Positions 19,766 through 20,000 of a stretch of DNA of 20,000 nt are shown piece after piece (within the stretch, counting starts at the first letter, position 1; every line of letters starts with the position of its first letter). This DNA comes from Sarea resinae (taxonomy: Eukaryota). The position numbers were made by a program, and so were the translations under genes. The stretch spans positions 172,281 to 192,280 of the forward strand of contig JAPEUD010000050.1 in the NCBI GenBank assembly GCA_026026165.1, written 5' to 3'. The notes beneath the pieces are model-generated. The model made no database searches. It was not told where the DNA came from and saw only the letters and a list, made by a program, of their open reading frames with translations.

Positions 19766-20000
19766 ACTCGCCATTCCATCCGTACGCTAAGTACTCGACC
19801 CGCTCAAAACCGAAACCAGTATCATTCGCCCAAATCCAAAACCCGGACAGCATTCCCCCTACAGAACTTCCCAGGGGCTACACGAGACAGATAAATCAGT
19901 GCTAATCCTGATCACCGATCCCAATCATAATGAGAAGGATACCTAAGCTCGTCTCTCTCCTGTCTCCTACCGGTGGTTTGCTAGAAGATATTTGCTGTTG

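Overview
This is filamentous-ascomycete (Pezizomycotina-type) genomic DNA carrying five + strand protein-coding genes. I rebuilt them by hand from GT..AG introns of 45-89 nt, and every spliced model closes in frame. (1) Mitochondrial FAD glycerol-3-phosphate dehydrogenase GUT2 (3489-5864). (2) One spliced ORF of 835 aa that fuses a 7-TM Pth11-like (CFEM-less) receptor-type domain to a complete 12-TM FucP-family MFS sugar transporter (7063-9800). (3) A YakC-like aldo-keto reductase (11256-12464). (4) An intronless AROM-derived repressor-type protein (13586-15646). (5) An adjacent Zn(II)2Cys6 activator (16411-19116). Genes 4 and 5 look like the GaaX/GaaR D-galacturonate activator-repressor module, and each has a perfect GARE (TCCNCCAAT) about 500 bp upstream. 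The most interesting observations are the receptor-transporter fusion, whose MFS half has Gln in place of the FucP proton-coupling Asp46, the intact Schiff-base site in the repressor's dehydroquinase domain next to dead kinase and dehydrogenase domains, a possible pectin-sugar/glycerol gene neighbourhood, and strongly clustered GTAC/GTACTTCGTAC promoter motifs. Positions 1-3400 contain no gene I can recognise. Family and orthology calls come from motif recognition and recall, not from database searches.
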